64,000 bases of DNA from NCBI GenBank assembly GCA_965262725.1, contig OZ253555.1, forward strand, positions 2,272,001 through 2,336,000, given 5' to 3'. Positions 38,170 to 48,839 of this stretch are shown piece by piece (positions within the stretch are counted from its first letter, which is position 1; each line of letters opens with the position of its first letter). The stretch is from Dehalococcoidia bacterium. GTDB taxonomy: Bacteria > Chloroflexota > Dehalococcoidia > UBA2979. The notes below the pieces were generated by a model. It was not told where the DNA came from. It searched no databases and was given only the letters and a program-made list of their open reading frames with translations. Both the position numbers and the translations under genes were made by a program.

Positions 38170-38996
38170 CGTGCCGCCGCCGCCCCGGGCGCTCGGAAGC
38201 CGGCGGCCTCGAGCAGCCGCCAGACGCCCTCGGATGCGAGAAAGTCGGCGAATGCCTTCGCGTCGGCGCCGGCCCCGGCGAGGACGACGGCGACGTACTC
38301 GTTGGCGGGGAGCCCGGCCGGTAGGTCGAGCGCGCGCAGCGCCTCGCCGTCGCGCGCGCTGCCGCGTCGGGCGTCCGTCTCATAGACGAAGGCGGCATCG
38401 GCCTCGCCGGTCTCGACGCGGGAGAGCACGAGCCGCACGCTCGGATCCTCCGTCACGATGTTGGCGCGGATCCGGGCGGCGAGTTCGGCGTCGAGCAGCG
38501 CAAGGGCCGAGCGCGTGAGCGCCCCCACCGGAACGTCGGGCGCCCCCACGGCGACGCGGCGTCCCGGCTCCGCCAGCGCCTCGACCGAGGCGATGGGAGA
38601 TCCCTCCCGCACCACGACGGCGAGCGCGTTGGCCGCGAACCCGAGCGACCGCGTCGCGCCCGCTGCAGCGACGAGGCGCTGGGCCTGGAGCCGGTTGGCA
38701 GAGAGCAGCACGTCGGCGGGCGCTCCCTCCTCGATCTGCGTCGCGAGCAGCTGCGAGCCACCGAAGACGACCGCCACCTCGACCCCCGGCCGCTCGGTCT
38801 CGAAGAGCTCGACCACGCGGGGCAGGACGTCGTCGAGCGACGAGGCGGCGAGGACGCGCAGCGTACGCTCACGCGTGCCGCTCTGGCCCTCGCCGCACGC
38901 GGCGATCAGCGCCGCGAGCACCGCGAGCGCCGCGAGCGCCGCGTGCCAGGAGGCGGACCGCGCGGGGCTCTGAGCCGAACTCTCCGGCACGTGCAT
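38166..38996 (-). CDS. modA: Molybdate ABC transporter substrate-binding lipoprotein
   Basis: Lipobox IAAC, AASSL, FGGSQLLATQIEEGAPAD, VPVG, GEADAAFVYETD. Confidence 0.88.
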   Translation of the reverse strand: MHVPESSAQSPARSASWHAALAALAVLAALIAACGEGQSGTRERTLRVLAASSLDDVLPRVVELFETERPGVEVAVVFGGSQLLATQIEEGAPADVLLSANRLQAQRLVAAAGATRSLGFAANALAVVVREGSPIASVEALAEPGRRVAVGAPDVPVGALTRSALALLDAELAARIRANIVTEDPSVRLVLSRVETGEADAAFVYETDARRGSARDGEALRALDLPAGLPANEYVAVVLAGAGADAKAFADFLASEGVWRLLEAAGFRAPGAAAAR

Positions 38997-39103
38997 CCTT
39001 CCCTCCGGCGCACCGCCTTCCGGCGGTGACGATAGCAGCGCGGTCGCGCTGCGGAGCCGCGTGCGGTGCTACGATCGCGCTCCGCCCGGGAGGTCGGTCC
39101 CTG

Positions 39104-39652
39104 GTGATCTTCAATGTTTCCACGCTCCTCGGCGAGCCCGTGGGCGCATCGCGCGATCACGCGCTCGCCGACGCCCCGGCGGAGTCCGCCGCCCGCCCCC
39201 GGCCGATTCGGGGCGCCGCGCGTCTGACGCGGACCACGTCGGGCATCCTCGTCTCGGCGCGTCTCACCCTCGAGACGGATCTGGCGTGCGCGCGCTGCCT
39301 GACCCGATTCCGACGACCCCATGAGATCGCCTTCGACGAGGAGTTCGTGCCCGAGCACGACCCGGCGACCGGCCTGCCGCCGACCGTCGACGACCCGGAC
39401 ACGTTCCGCATCGATGCCCGCCAGCATCTCGACCTCAGCGAGGCGATCCGGCAGTATGAGCAGGCGGCGCTTCCGATCTCCCCGCTCTGCCGCGAGGAGT
39501 GCGCGGGCCTCTGCCCGCGCTGCGGTGCCGACCGCAACGAGAGCCCCTGCGGCTGCTCGGGCGACGACGAGGATCCGCGCTGGGGGCCGCTCGCCGCGAT
39601 CGCCAGCGCGTGGAGGCAGAAGGAGAAGCGGCGTGGCAGTCCCCAAGCGTAA
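39104..39652 (+). CDS. DUF177/YceD family protein
   Basis: CARCL, LDLSEAIRQ, PLCREECAGLCPRCG, DPRW; upstream of rpmF. Confidence 0.9.
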   Translation: MIFNVSTLLGEPVGASRDHALADAPAESAARPRPIRGAARLTRTTSGILVSARLTLETDLACARCLTRFRRPHEIAFDEEFVPEHDPATGLPPTVDDPDTFRIDARQHLDLSEAIRQYEQAALPISPLCREECAGLCPRCGADRNESPCGCSGDDEDPRWGPLAAIASAWRQKEKRRGSPQA

Positions 39653-39821
39653 GACGCCTCGCGCGAAGCGCAATCACCGCCGCAGCCATCACCGCGTCGC
39701 GGTGCCGCAGCTGGTCGCCTGCACGCAGTGCGGCTCCCAGCACATCAACCACCGCGCCTGCACCGTGTGCGGCAACTACAACGGCCGCCGCGTGCTGGGG
39801 TCCGAGCCGGAGCAGGAGTAG
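39633..39821 (+). CDS. rpmF: 50S ribosomal protein L32 (Zn-ribbon form)
   Basis: MAVPKRKTPRAKRNHRRSH..CTQCG..HRACTVCGNYNGR. Confidence 0.95.
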   Translation: MAVPKRKTPRAKRNHRRSHHRVAVPQLVACTQCGSQHINHRACTVCGNYNGRRVLGSEPEQE

Positions 39822-39923
39822 CGCCGGCCGGGGCCGGGGCGTCGCGCCGGAGGCCAGCGCCTGAGCAGGGGGATGGGGCGGCCGAGCCGTCGGCGTTCCT
39901 CCCCCGTCCCGGAGGTGGCACCC

Positions 39924-40889
39924 ATGCTCCAGGACGCGCTCGGCGAGCTCCCGCGTGATCCCACCGTCGCGTGGCTCTTCCCCGGGCAGGGAGCACAGCA
40001 CGCCGGCATGGGCCGCGACCTCTACGAGGAGAGCAGCTGGGCGCGCGCGATCTTCGACGAGGCGGACGACGCCCTCGGCATCGCGCTCTCCCGCCTCTGC
40101 TTCGACGGTCCGGCAGAGGAGCTGACGCGCACCGTCAACGCACAGCCGGCGCTCGTCGCGCACGGACTCGCGGCGCTCGCAGCCGCCGTCGAGGCGGGGA
40201 GCATCACGGCGCGCCCCGGCCTTCTCGCCGGCCACTCCCTGGGCGAATACGCCGCGCTGGTCGCGGCCGGGGCGCTGTCGGTCGGTGCCGGGCTGCGGCT
40301 CGTCCGCGAGCGCGGCCGGCTGATGCAGGAGGCCTGCGACCGGGAGCCGGGCGCGATGGCGGCGCTCGTCGCGCTCGAACGCGATCGGGTCGAGGCGATC
40401 TGCCTGGCGCACGGCGCCACGATCTGCAACGAGAACGCACCCGGCAACGTCACGATCGGCGGTTCACCCGAAGCGGTCGACGCCGCCTCCGAGCAGGCCC
40501 GCTCGGAGGGCGGACGCGTCTTCCCGCTGGCGGTGGCCGGCGCCTTCCACACGCCCCTGATGGAGAGCGCCGCGGCGGGCATGCGATCGGCGCTCGCGTG
40601 CGTTCGCTTCGCCGACCCCGATCCGCCGGTCGTCTCCAACGTCACCGCCCGGCCGCTTGCGCGCGCGGCCGAGCTTCCGGGGGAGCTCGCGGCGCAGATC
40701 ACAAGCCCCGTGAGGTGGGCCGACTCCGTGCGCGCGCTGGCCGAGTCTGGCGTCTCCCGCCTCATCGAGTTCGGGCCGGGGAAGACGCTCACCGGCGCGG
40801 CGAAGCGCACCGTTCGCGGCATCGACGTCCGGAACGTCGAGAGGGCGGCCGACGCCCGCGCCGGGGCCGATGCCCCGGCCGGCCGATGA
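39924..40889 (+). CDS. fabD: Malonyl CoA-ACP transacylase
   Basis: FPGQGAQ, AQPAL, GHSLGEY, GAFHT, PVRW, EFGPG. Confidence 0.95.
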   Translation: MLQDALGELPRDPTVAWLFPGQGAQHAGMGRDLYEESSWARAIFDEADDALGIALSRLCFDGPAEELTRTVNAQPALVAHGLAALAAAVEAGSITARPGLLAGHSLGEYAALVAAGALSVGAGLRLVRERGRLMQEACDREPGAMAALVALERDRVEAICLAHGATICNENAPGNVTIGGSPEAVDAASEQARSEGGRVFPLAVAGAFHTPLMESAAAGMRSALACVRFADPDPPVVSNVTARPLARAAELPGELAAQITSPVRWADSVRALAESGVSRLIEFGPGKTLTGAAKRTVRGIDVRNVERAADARAGADAPAGR

Positions 40890-40908
40890 CCCCCGAGAGG
40901 AGGGCGGG

Positions 40909-41667
40909 ATGAGCGCGGAGGGGCCCCTGGCGGGCCGCATGGCGGTGGTGACGGGCGGATCCCGCGGAATCGGGCGGGCGATCGCGCTCGAGCTCGCGAG
41001 GCAGGGCGCCGATGTGCTCATCACCTACCGCACGAACTCGGCGCTCGCCGAGGCCGCGGCGAACGAGATCCGGCGGCTTCGCGTCGAGTGCACGGCGAGC
41101 GAGATGGACGTGCGCGACGACAACTCCGTCAGGCGCGTGTTCGAGGCGGCGCGGGCGCGCCACGGCGAGATCGACGTGCTCGTCAACAACGCCGGCGTGA
41201 CGGTCGACGGCCTGCTGATCCGGATGTCGCGGGACGACTGGGACACGGTCGTGGAGACGAATCTCACCGGTACCTTCCTCGCGACGCGTCTCGCCCTCCG
41301 CGGGATGATGCGCCGCCGCCGCGGCCGCATCATCAACATCACCTCGGTGGTGGGGCAGATCGGCAACGCCGGGCAGGCAAACTACGCGGCCGCGAAGGCG
41401 GGGATCATCGGGTTCACGCACGCCGTCGCGCGCGAGGTCGCCTCCCGCAACGTGACCGTGAACGCCGTCGCGCCCGGGTTCGTCGAGACCGACATGACCT
41501 CCGGGCTCTCCGAGCAGGTGAAGGAGACGATCCTCAAGCAGATCCCGATCGGGCGCTACGCCGACCCCGCCGAGGTGGCGGCCGTCGTCGCCTTCCTCGC
41601 CTCCGACCAAGCGTCTTACATCACCGGCCAGACGTTCAACGTCGACGGCGGACTGGTGATGCAGTAG
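40909..41667 (+). CDS. fabG: 3-oxoacyl-ACP reductase
   Basis: TGGSRGIG, NNAG, GNAGQANYAAAKAG, YITGQ..VDGG. Confidence 0.95.
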   Translation: MSAEGPLAGRMAVVTGGSRGIGRAIALELARQGADVLITYRTNSALAEAAANEIRRLRVECTASEMDVRDDNSVRRVFEAARARHGEIDVLVNNAGVTVDGLLIRMSRDDWDTVVETNLTGTFLATRLALRGMMRRRRGRIINITSVVGQIGNAGQANYAAAKAGIIGFTHAVAREVASRNVTVNAVAPGFVETDMTSGLSEQVKETILKQIPIGRYADPAEVAAVVAFLASDQASYITGQTFNVDGGLVMQ

Positions 41668-41679
41668 CGGGAGGCGCTC

Positions 41680-42105
41680 GTGGCCACGCGCTCACGTCGC
41701 CGCTCGCGGATCGCCGCGTTCCAGGCGCTCTTCGAGGCGGATCTCTCGGGGCGCCCCACGGAGCAGGTGCTTGGCAGCGGATTGGCGGGCGCGCGCCTCA
41801 CGGAGGAGGCCACGGCGTTCGCGCGGGCGCTCGTCGTCGGCGTCACGGAGCGGCAGGACGAGATCGACGCCGTGATCACCGAGCACGCCCCGGCCTTCCC
41901 GCTCTCGGAGATGGCGCCGGTGGATCGCAGTGTGCTGCGCCTTGCTATCTATGAAGTGCTCTTTGATAATCGCCACGCTCCGCTCCGGGTCGCGATCAAC
42001 GAGGCCGTCGAGATCGCAAAGGGGTACGGGTCGGAATCCTCCGGCCGCTTCGTGAACGGAGTGCTTGGATCCGTCGCCCTGCAGGCGGCGGGCGAAACGC
42101 AATAG
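41680..42105 (+). CDS. nusB: Transcription antitermination factor NusB
   Basis: RRRSRIAAFQALF, VDRSVLRLAIYE, AINEAVEIAK, FVNGVL. Confidence 0.95.
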   Translation: MATRSRRRSRIAAFQALFEADLSGRPTEQVLGSGLAGARLTEEATAFARALVVGVTERQDEIDAVITEHAPAFPLSEMAPVDRSVLRLAIYEVLFDNRHAPLRVAINEAVEIAKGYGSESSGRFVNGVLGSVALQAAGETQ

Positions 42106-42126
42106 GCACGGAGAGGGACTTGACTC

Positions 42127-42387
42127 GTGGCAACCGTTTTTGAACGTGTGCGCCTGCTCATCGTCGAGCAGCTGGGGGTGGAGGAGTCTCAGGTTGCGTC
42201 GAACGCTTCGTTCGTCGACGACCTGAACGCCGACTCGCTCGATCTGGTGGAGCTCATCATGTCGATCGAGGAGGAGTTCGGCGGCGACGACGCCAGCCTC
42301 GAGATCTCCGACGAGGATGCCGAGAAGATCCAGACCGTGCAGGACGCGGTCGACTACCTGCACGATCAAGGCGTCGAGGACGAGTAG
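42127..42387 (+). CDS. acpP: Acyl carrier protein
   Basis: [25 protein letters not shown]. Confidence 0.96.
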   Translation: MATVFERVRLLIVEQLGVEESQVASNASFVDDLNADSLDLVELIMSIEEEFGGDDASLEISDEDAEKIQTVQDAVDYLHDQGVEDE

Positions 42388-42460
42388 CACGCGCCCGCGG
42401 CCGCCGCCGCGCGCGGGCGGCCGCGGGAACGGGCCGGCCCCCGCGGCGTATCATCGCTGA

Positions 42461-42811
42461 ATGGAACTCTTCGGCGTCGGCGCCATGGAGGCGCTGCTCG
42501 TCCTCGTCGTCGCGCTGATCGTCGTCGGACCGCGCCGCTTCCCCGAGATCGCGCGTCAGGGCGGGCGCTGGTACCGCGTCGCTCGCCGCTACGCGAGCGA
42601 GGTCACGCGGGACGTGCGCGGCGCCATGGAAGAGCTCAAGAGCGAGATCGAGGAGGAGAGCGAGGATCTGCGCTCGATCCGCGATCTCGGGGACGAGGTC
42701 GAGGCGGACCTCCGCGCGAGCACGCCTCCACTGGAGGACGCCGGGCCGGCGACAGGCCGAGCGGGCGGCGACGCCGCGCGGGCGCCTGATGAGGGCGGCT
42801 CCACTCGGTGA
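42461..42811 (+). CDS. tatB: Twin-arginine translocase TatA/TatB subunit
   Basis: FGVGAME..ALIVVGPRRFPE; upstream of tatC. Confidence 0.8.
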   Translation: MELFGVGAMEALLVLVVALIVVGPRRFPEIARQGGRWYRVARRYASEVTRDVRGAMEELKSEIEEESEDLRSIRDLGDEVEADLRASTPPLEDAGPATGRAGGDAARAPDEGGSTR

Positions 42812-43560
42812 CGACCGCGGATCAGGAGGAGCTGGCCGACGGCGGCAGCATGACGCTGCTGGAGCACCTCTCCGAGCTCCGGTCGCGCGTCACCTGGATG
42901 GCCGCGGCCGTCGCCGCCGGCTCCTTCGTCTTCTTCCTCCCGCCTATAGGCTTCCGGCTGATCGAGGTGCTCCTCGAGCCAGCGCGCGTCGCCATCGACG
43001 ACCCCACCTGGCGCCCGCAGTTCGTCGAACCGCTCGAGCTGATCGTCACGTTCTTTCAGGTCGGCCTGCTCGGCGGCGTCTCGGTCGCGATGCCCGTCCT
43101 CGTCTACCACGTGCTGCGCTTCGTGAGCCCCGCGCTCACCCGCAGCGAGCGCGTCTGGACACTGCCGATCGCCATCGGCGCTTCGATCTCGTTCCTGATC
43201 GGCCTCGCCTTCTGCTACTGGGTGGTGCTCCCGCTCACGCTCACCTTCCTCCTCACGTTCGGCGACGAGGTCGCGCAGGCCGACCTGCGGATCGGCAACT
43301 ACATCAACTTCGTCACGCGCCTGCTGCTCGTGCTCGGCCTCGTCTTCGAGACGCCGCTCGTGGTGATGGGTCTGGCGAAACTGCGCGTCGTCAGCGCCGG
43401 TCAGCTGCTCCGGCGCTGGCGCATCGCGGTGGTCGGCTCATTCCTCGTCTCGGCGATCGTGACGCCGACCATCGATCCGGTCACGCAGTCCCTGGTCGCG
43501 GGCCCGATGGTCCTTCTCTACTTCGTTGGTATCGGCCTCGCCTGGGTGGTGCGCCGCTGA
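42808..43560 (+). CDS. tatC: Twin-arginine translocase subunit TatC
   Basis: MTLLEHLSELR, FVSPALT..ER, GLVFETP, AIVTPTIDP. Confidence 0.95.
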   Translation: MTTADQEELADGGSMTLLEHLSELRSRVTWMAAAVAAGSFVFFLPPIGFRLIEVLLEPARVAIDDPTWRPQFVEPLELIVTFFQVGLLGGVSVAMPVLVYHVLRFVSPALTRSERVWTLPIAIGASISFLIGLAFCYWVVLPLTLTFLLTFGDEVAQADLRIGNYINFVTRLLLVLGLVFETPLVVMGLAKLRVVSAGQLLRRWRIAVVGSFLVSAIVTPTIDPVTQSLVAGPMVLLYFVGIGLAWVVRR

Positions 43561-43595
43561 GCCCGGCGATTCTGCTCAGACGCCTACGCGGTTGA

Positions 43596-43624
43596 TTGCC
43601 CGCTGAGGGGCGTCGCGGTAGCAT
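43596..43624 (+). promoter_or_regulatory. sigma70-type promoter of udg-rnj
   Basis: TTGCCC-N17-TAGCAT. Confidence 0.5.
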
Positions 43625-43660
43625 GGCGACGGGGCACCCTCCCCGCGAGCCGAGGACTCC

Positions 43661-44320
43661 ATGGCCCTCCGCGAGTTGACCGTGCTCTACGAGGAGATCG
43701 CCGATTGCCCCAACTGCGCGCTCGCCCGGACACGAACGCAGACCGTACCGGGCACCGGGCCGGCGCCTGCGGACGTGATGTGCATCGGGGAGGCGCCCGG
43801 CGCGCGCGAGGACGAACTCGGCCAGCCCTTCGTCGGCCCGGCCGGTCGCTTCCTCGACGAGCTCCTCGGCGCCGCCGGCCTCACGCGGGAGAGTGTCTAC
43901 ATCGCCAACGTCGTGAAGTGCCGCCCGCCCGGAAACCGCGACCCCCAGCCGGAGGAGATCGCGGCCTGCCGCGGCTACCTGGAGCGGCAGATCACGCTCG
44001 TCGACCCGAAGGTGATCGTCACCCTCGGCCGCTTCTCGATGGCGGCCTGGTTCCCGGGCGAGAGTATCGGCCGTATCCACGGCCGGGCGCGACGCGTCGA
44101 CGGCCGGCTCGTCATCCCGATGTACCACCCCGCGGCGGCGCTTCACCGCGGCGACCTGCGCCCGGCGATCGTCGCCGACTTCCAGAAGCTCCCCGCCCTG
44201 ATCGCCTCCGCCTCGGGCGAGGGCCCGCCCGCGGAGAGCGCCGGAGAGCCCGAGCCGGGCGCGGCGCGAGCGGAGGAGGCAGTGCCGGCGCCTCCTCCTC
44301 CCCAGGCCCCCCTCCTGTGA
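43661..44320 (+). CDS. Uracil-DNA glycosylase family 4
   Basis: [32 protein letters not shown]. Confidence 0.93.
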   Translation: MALRELTVLYEEIADCPNCALARTRTQTVPGTGPAPADVMCIGEAPGAREDELGQPFVGPAGRFLDELLGAAGLTRESVYIANVVKCRPPGNRDPQPEEIAACRGYLERQITLVDPKVIVTLGRFSMAAWFPGESIGRIHGRARRVDGRLVIPMYHPAAALHRGDLRPAIVADFQKLPALIASASGEGPPAESAGEPEPGAARAEEAVPAPPPPQAPLL

Positions 44321-44342
44321 TCGCCCGGCGGGAGGCGGGGCG

Positions 44343-45998
44343 ATGAGCGGCGCGCTGCGCGTGATCCCGCTCGGCGGGCTCGGCGAGATCGGGCGCAACA
44401 TGATGATCTACGAGTACGAGGGCGCGGCGATCGTCGTCGACGTGGGGCTCCTCTTTCCGGACGCGGAGCACCTCGGCGTCGACATCATCATCCCCGAGAT
44501 CAGCTACCTCAGGCGCGACCCGTCGCTGCTGCAGGCCGTCTTCCTCACGCACGGGCACGAGGACCACATCGGCGCGCTGCCCTTCCTCCTGCGGGAGATC
44601 AACGTGCCGGTCTTCTGCTCTGAGCTCACGCGGGGATTGATCGAGGTCAAGCTGCGCGAGCACCGGCTGCTCGACCAGACGCAGATCACCGTCCTCGCGC
44701 CCGGCCAGAGGGTGAACGTGGGGCCCTTCACCGTCGAGCCCTTCACGGTCTCGCACTCGATCCCGGATGCGGTCGGCTTCCTCGTCGAGACCCCGCTGGG
44801 GGACGTCGTGCACACCGGCGACTTCAAGATCGATCACACGCCCGTCATGGGCCAGCACACCGATCTCCCCCGCCTCGCCGAGGCGGGGGCCGACGGCGTT
44901 CTGCTGCTCGCCGCCGACTCCACCTACGCCGAGATCGAGGGGTACACGCCCTCCGAGCAGATCGTCGCCGACGCGCTCGACCGCGCCATCAGCTCCGCCG
45001 CCGGGCGCGTGATCGTGACGACATTCGCCTCGCTGATCTCGCGCGTGCAGATGGTGATCGACGCCGCGGAGCGCCACGATCGGCGAGTCTTCGTGACCGG
45101 GCGCTCCATGATGAACAACGTGAAGATGGCGCGCGACCTCGGCTATCTCCAGTGCAGCCCGGAGACGTTCATGAGCCAGCGCCAGCTGGCCTCCCAGCCC
45201 GACTCCAAGACGATCATCGTCTGCACGGGGTCCCAGGGGGAGCCGACCTCGGCCCTGACGCGCATGGCGCGCGGCACCCATCCCGTCGTCGCCATCGGCG
45301 ACGGCGACACCGTGATCCTCTCCTCCAATCCGGTGCCCGGGAACGAGAAGCAGGTCTACCGCAACATCGACGCGCTCTTCGAGCGCGGCGCCAACGTCAT
45401 CTACAACCGGCTCGCGTCCGTGCACGTCCGCGGCCACGCGGCGCGCGAGGAGCTCAAGATCGTCCACCGCATCGTGCAGCCCCAGTACTTCGTTCCGATC
45501 CACGGCGAGTACCGACACCTCGTGCTGCACCGCGAGCTCGCCATCGAGCTCGGCATGGAACCCGACGCCGCCGTCATCCTCACCGACGGCGACGTGCTGG
45601 AGATCGACGAAGACGGTGCGCGCGTCGTCGAGCGGGTCTCCTCCGACTACGTCTTCGTTGACGGGCTCGGTGTCGGCGACATCGACGAGTTCGTGCTGCG
45701 CGACCGCCAGCACCTCGCCACAGACGGCGTGCTGGTCGTGGTCGCCGCCGTCGACCGCCACACGGGGAGGCTCACACGGCCCCCGGAGGTGATGTCGCAC
45801 GGCTTCGTCGGCCCGGAGGAGGAGCCGGCTCTCCTCCAGGCGGTCGGCGATCTCGTCTCCGACATCATCGGGAGCAATCCCGCCGAGCGGCGTGACTGGG
45901 CCGAGCTCCACGACTCGCTGAAGGACGATGTGCTGATGCTCATGCAGAAGCGAACGCACCGTCGCCCGCTGGTGTTGCCGGTGATGCTGGAGGTGTAA
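44343..45998 (+). CDS. rnj: Ribonuclease J
   Basis: PLGGLGEIGRNM, THGHEDHIG, HSIPD, HTGDFK, TGSQGEP, HVRGH, PIHGE. Confidence 0.96.
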   Translation: MSGALRVIPLGGLGEIGRNMMIYEYEGAAIVVDVGLLFPDAEHLGVDIIIPEISYLRRDPSLLQAVFLTHGHEDHIGALPFLLREINVPVFCSELTRGLIEVKLREHRLLDQTQITVLAPGQRVNVGPFTVEPFTVSHSIPDAVGFLVETPLGDVVHTGDFKIDHTPVMGQHTDLPRLAEAGADGVLLLAADSTYAEIEGYTPSEQIVADALDRAISSAAGRVIVTTFASLISRVQMVIDAAERHDRRVFVTGRSMMNNVKMARDLGYLQCSPETFMSQRQLASQPDSKTIIVCTGSQGEPTSALTRMARGTHPVVAIGDGDTVILSSNPVPGNEKQVYRNIDALFERGANVIYNRLASVHVRGHAAREELKIVHRIVQPQYFVPIHGEYRHLVLHRELAIELGMEPDAAVILTDGDVLEIDEDGARVVERVSSDYVFVDGLGVGDIDEFVLRDRQHLATDGVLVVVAAVDRHTGRLTRPPEVMSHGFVGPEEEPALLQAVGDLVSDIIGSNPAERRDWAELHDSLKDDVLMLMQKRTHRRPLVLPVMLEV

Positions 45999-46054
45999 CC
46001 TCCCGGAGAGGCCGCCGCGCCCCGGCGGGGAGCGCGACGGCCGGGGGCGTGGAG

Positions 46055-48655
46055 ATGGCCGACACGCGCAAGCCCCGCAGCGGAGCGGCGCCACGCCGCG
46101 CCGTCGGCCGTCATCCGCGGCAGAGAGCAACGCCCGATATCCTGACCGTCGGTCGCCTGCTGGTGCGGCCCGCGGTGGCCGGCGCGGCGATCCTGATCCT
46201 CGCAGCGGTCGCCCTTCCCGGGGTGATCGCCCTTCCCGGCCGGTTGCTCGATGTCCGCGCCGAGGTGCTCGGCGCTCTGGGCGTGCACCAGGCGACGCTC
46301 GCGCTGCTGGCGGGCGGCGCCGGCGTTCTGCTCCTGCTCGGCGACCGCGGCCCGGGCCTGGGCGGCATGCTCTGGCGGCACCGGCGCCACACGCTGGGCG
46401 TTCTCTTGATGCTCGGATTCAGCTGGGGACTGCTCGGCATGTGGCAGCCTTCCCTCACCGTCGACGGCGTCGACCTCCAGGCCGCCTCCGCCGGCGGCGC
46501 GCTGGGCCGATCGCTCACAACCTGGCCGCGCCTGCTTCCGTGGCTCCTCTGCCTGCCGGCGGGATTCGCGCTGCTCTGGCCCAGGACCGCCACCGGCCTC
46601 GCACGGAGGACGCCGGGCGCTGCGGCCGTCGCGGCGCGCTCCGTCTGGCGGTGGAGGCTCGACAGGCGCGCCTGGCGGGGGCTGCGGGTGCTCGCGAGAG
46701 GTATCGGCCGCCTGCCGGCGCTGCTTCGGGCGTTCGTCGTGGCGCTGCAGCCCCGGATGCCGCGCGAGGAGCGCACCCGGATGAGCGGTCCCTCCTCGCT
46801 CACCGAGCTCGCCGGGCCTCCCGAGCCGACGCTGGTCTCCGTGCCGCGCGTCGCGGCGCCGCCCGTCGAGGAGCTGACGCCGACCGAGGACGGGGAGAGC
46901 GGTGGGGCGCCGGTGACGCAAATCGTGATGGATCTCGAACGCCCGGCCGGGGAGTGGAGGCACTCGGGCGACGGCTGGCAGCTCCCGCCCCTCTCCCTGC
47001 TCGAGGACGGAGCGGGTGCCACCAATTCGTCGACCGACAACGCACGGCGCGCGGAGCTCATCGTCCAGACGCTCGCCTCCTTCGGAGTCGACGCCTCGGT
47101 GGTGCAGGTCAACGAGGGCCCCACCGTCACCCAGTTCGGCGTGGAGCCGGGCTGGGACGTCCGCACGCGTTCGGTGCCGGAGCGCGACGCCCAGGGGCAG
47201 TCGGAGCTCGACGAGTCGGGGCAGCCCAGGGTGCGCATCGTCGAGACGGCGCGCACCCGTATCCGCGTCTCGCGCATCACGGCGCTCCAGAACGACCTCG
47301 CGCTGGCGCTCGCCGCGCCCTCGCTCCGCATCGAGGCGCCGGTGCCGGGAAAGCCGATCGTCGGCATCGAGGTGCCGAACCACACGGCAGCGTTGGTCTC
47401 GCTGCGCTCGGTGCTGGAGTCGCCGGTGTTCGCCAAGGCGCGCACGCGCGCCGCCCTCCCCGTCGCGCTCGGCGTCGGCGTCTCGGGCGAGCCCGTCGTC
47501 GCCGATCTCGCGACGATGCCGCACCTACTGATCGCGGGCGCCACCGGCGCCGGCAAGTCAGTGTGCCTCTCGGGGATCATCACGAGCCTCCTCATGAACT
47601 ACTCGCCGCAGGAGCTGCGGCTCGTCCTGATCGACCCCAAGCGTGTCGAGCTGACCCCCTTCGCGGAGGTCCCGCACCTCGCCTTCTCCGAGATCGTGGT
47701 CGACATGGACCGGGTGGTGGGAACGCTCCAGGCCGTCATCAACGAGATGGAGTCTCGCTACCGCCGCTTCGCGCAGGCCGGCGTCCGCAACATCGCCCGC
47801 TACAACGAACAACATGCCGCGCGGGCGCTTCCCTACTGGGTCGTCGTCGTCGACGAGCTCGCTGACCTGATGATGGCGGCGCCCTTCCAGGTGGAGGCAC
47901 AACTCGTGCGACTGGCGCAGCTGGCGCGCGCCACAGGCATCCACCTGGTGGTCGCGACTCAGCGCCCCTCCGTCGACGTGATCACGGGGCTGATCAAGGC
48001 GAACTTCCCCACCCGCATCGCCTTCGCCGTCGCCTCGCAGGTCGACTCGCGCACAGTGCTCGACCACGGCGGCGCCGAGAAGCTGCTCGGCCGCGGGGAC
48101 ATGCTCTTCCAGGCCCCCAACGCGCAGAAGCCGACCAGGCTGCAGGGCGTCTACGTCGCCGACGCCGAGATCGAGGCGGTGGCGGGCTTCTGGACGTCGG
48201 AGCGCTTCGCCTCGCTCGCTCCGGAGAAACACGACGGCCTGCTGCAGGAGGCGGCGCGACAGCTCTCCGAGGAGACGGAGGCCGCCGCAGTCGGGGGCCG
48301 CGGCGAGGAGGATGACCCGCTGCTCCCGCGGGCGACCGAGCTCCTGCGCGACCACCAGCGTGTCTCGATCAGCCTGCTCCAGCGCAAGCTCCGCATCGGC
48401 TACCCGCGTGCCGCCCGGCTGATGGACGAGCTGGAGCAGCGCGGCCTCGTTTCCGCCGCCGATGTCGGCGGCAGCTCGCGTGCCGTCCTTCTCCGCGCGG
48501 AGGCGCAGCCGGATCCCCCCGCCGGTGCCGAGACGGCCTCGCCCCTGCGGTCGGCCTCCCCGCCGTCGCCGGGGCCCGGACCGGCGGAGCCGCCTCCCGG
48601 GCGGGCTCCGGGGGCCGGCTACCCCGCCTTCCCGCGCCCCTTCGACGAGGAGTGA
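46055..48655 (+). CDS. ftsK: DNA translocase FtsK/SpoIIIE
   Basis: N-terminal TM region, RIEAPVPGK, PHLLIAGATGAGKS, DELADLMM, ATQRPS, LLGRGDML, LQRKLRIGYPRAARL. Confidence 0.95.
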   Translation: MADTRKPRSGAAPRRAVGRHPRQRATPDILTVGRLLVRPAVAGAAILILAAVALPGVIALPGRLLDVRAEVLGALGVHQATLALLAGGAGVLLLLGDRGPGLGGMLWRHRRHTLGVLLMLGFSWGLLGMWQPSLTVDGVDLQAASAGGALGRSLTTWPRLLPWLLCLPAGFALLWPRTATGLARRTPGAAAVAARSVWRWRLDRRAWRGLRVLARGIGRLPALLRAFVVALQPRMPREERTRMSGPSSLTELAGPPEPTLVSVPRVAAPPVEELTPTEDGESGGAPVTQIVMDLERPAGEWRHSGDGWQLPPLSLLEDGAGATNSSTDNARRAELIVQTLASFGVDASVVQVNEGPTVTQFGVEPGWDVRTRSVPERDAQGQSELDESGQPRVRIVETARTRIRVSRITALQNDLALALAAPSLRIEAPVPGKPIVGIEVPNHTAALVSLRSVLESPVFAKARTRAALPVALGVGVSGEPVVADLATMPHLLIAGATGAGKSVCLSGIITSLLMNYSPQELRLVLIDPKRVELTPFAEVPHLAFSEIVVDMDRVVGTLQAVINEMESRYRRFAQAGVRNIARYNEQHAARALPYWVVVVDELADLMMAAPFQVEAQLVRLAQLARATGIHLVVATQRPSVDVITGLIKANFPTRIAFAVASQVDSRTVLDHGGAEKLLGRGDMLFQAPNAQKPTRLQGVYVADAEIEAVAGFWTSERFASLAPEKHDGLLQEAARQLSEETEAAAVGGRGEEDDPLLPRATELLRDHQRVSISLLQRKLRIGYPRAARLMDELEQRGLVSAADVGGSSRAVLLRAEAQPDPPAGAETASPLRSASPPSPGPGPAEPPPGRAPGAGYPAFPRPFDEE

Positions 48656-48839
48656 CGGCTCGGGCCGAGCCCGCCACCGCACCCGATCCGAAGCGGCACG
48701 GCGGACGTCCCCGGCCGCCGGAACCCGGCCCCGCTCGTGAGGCGGTGCACATCCGCGAGCGCCGATGCGACGACGCGCGAACGCGCGAGAGCCGACGACG
48801 CCCGCACGCGTGCGCGCCCGTCACGTCCTCTCCCCGATG

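Noticed and set aside
38997-39103. Moco riboswitch upstream of modA
   Set aside because: The gap is short and shared with a divergent gene, and I could not see the conserved motif
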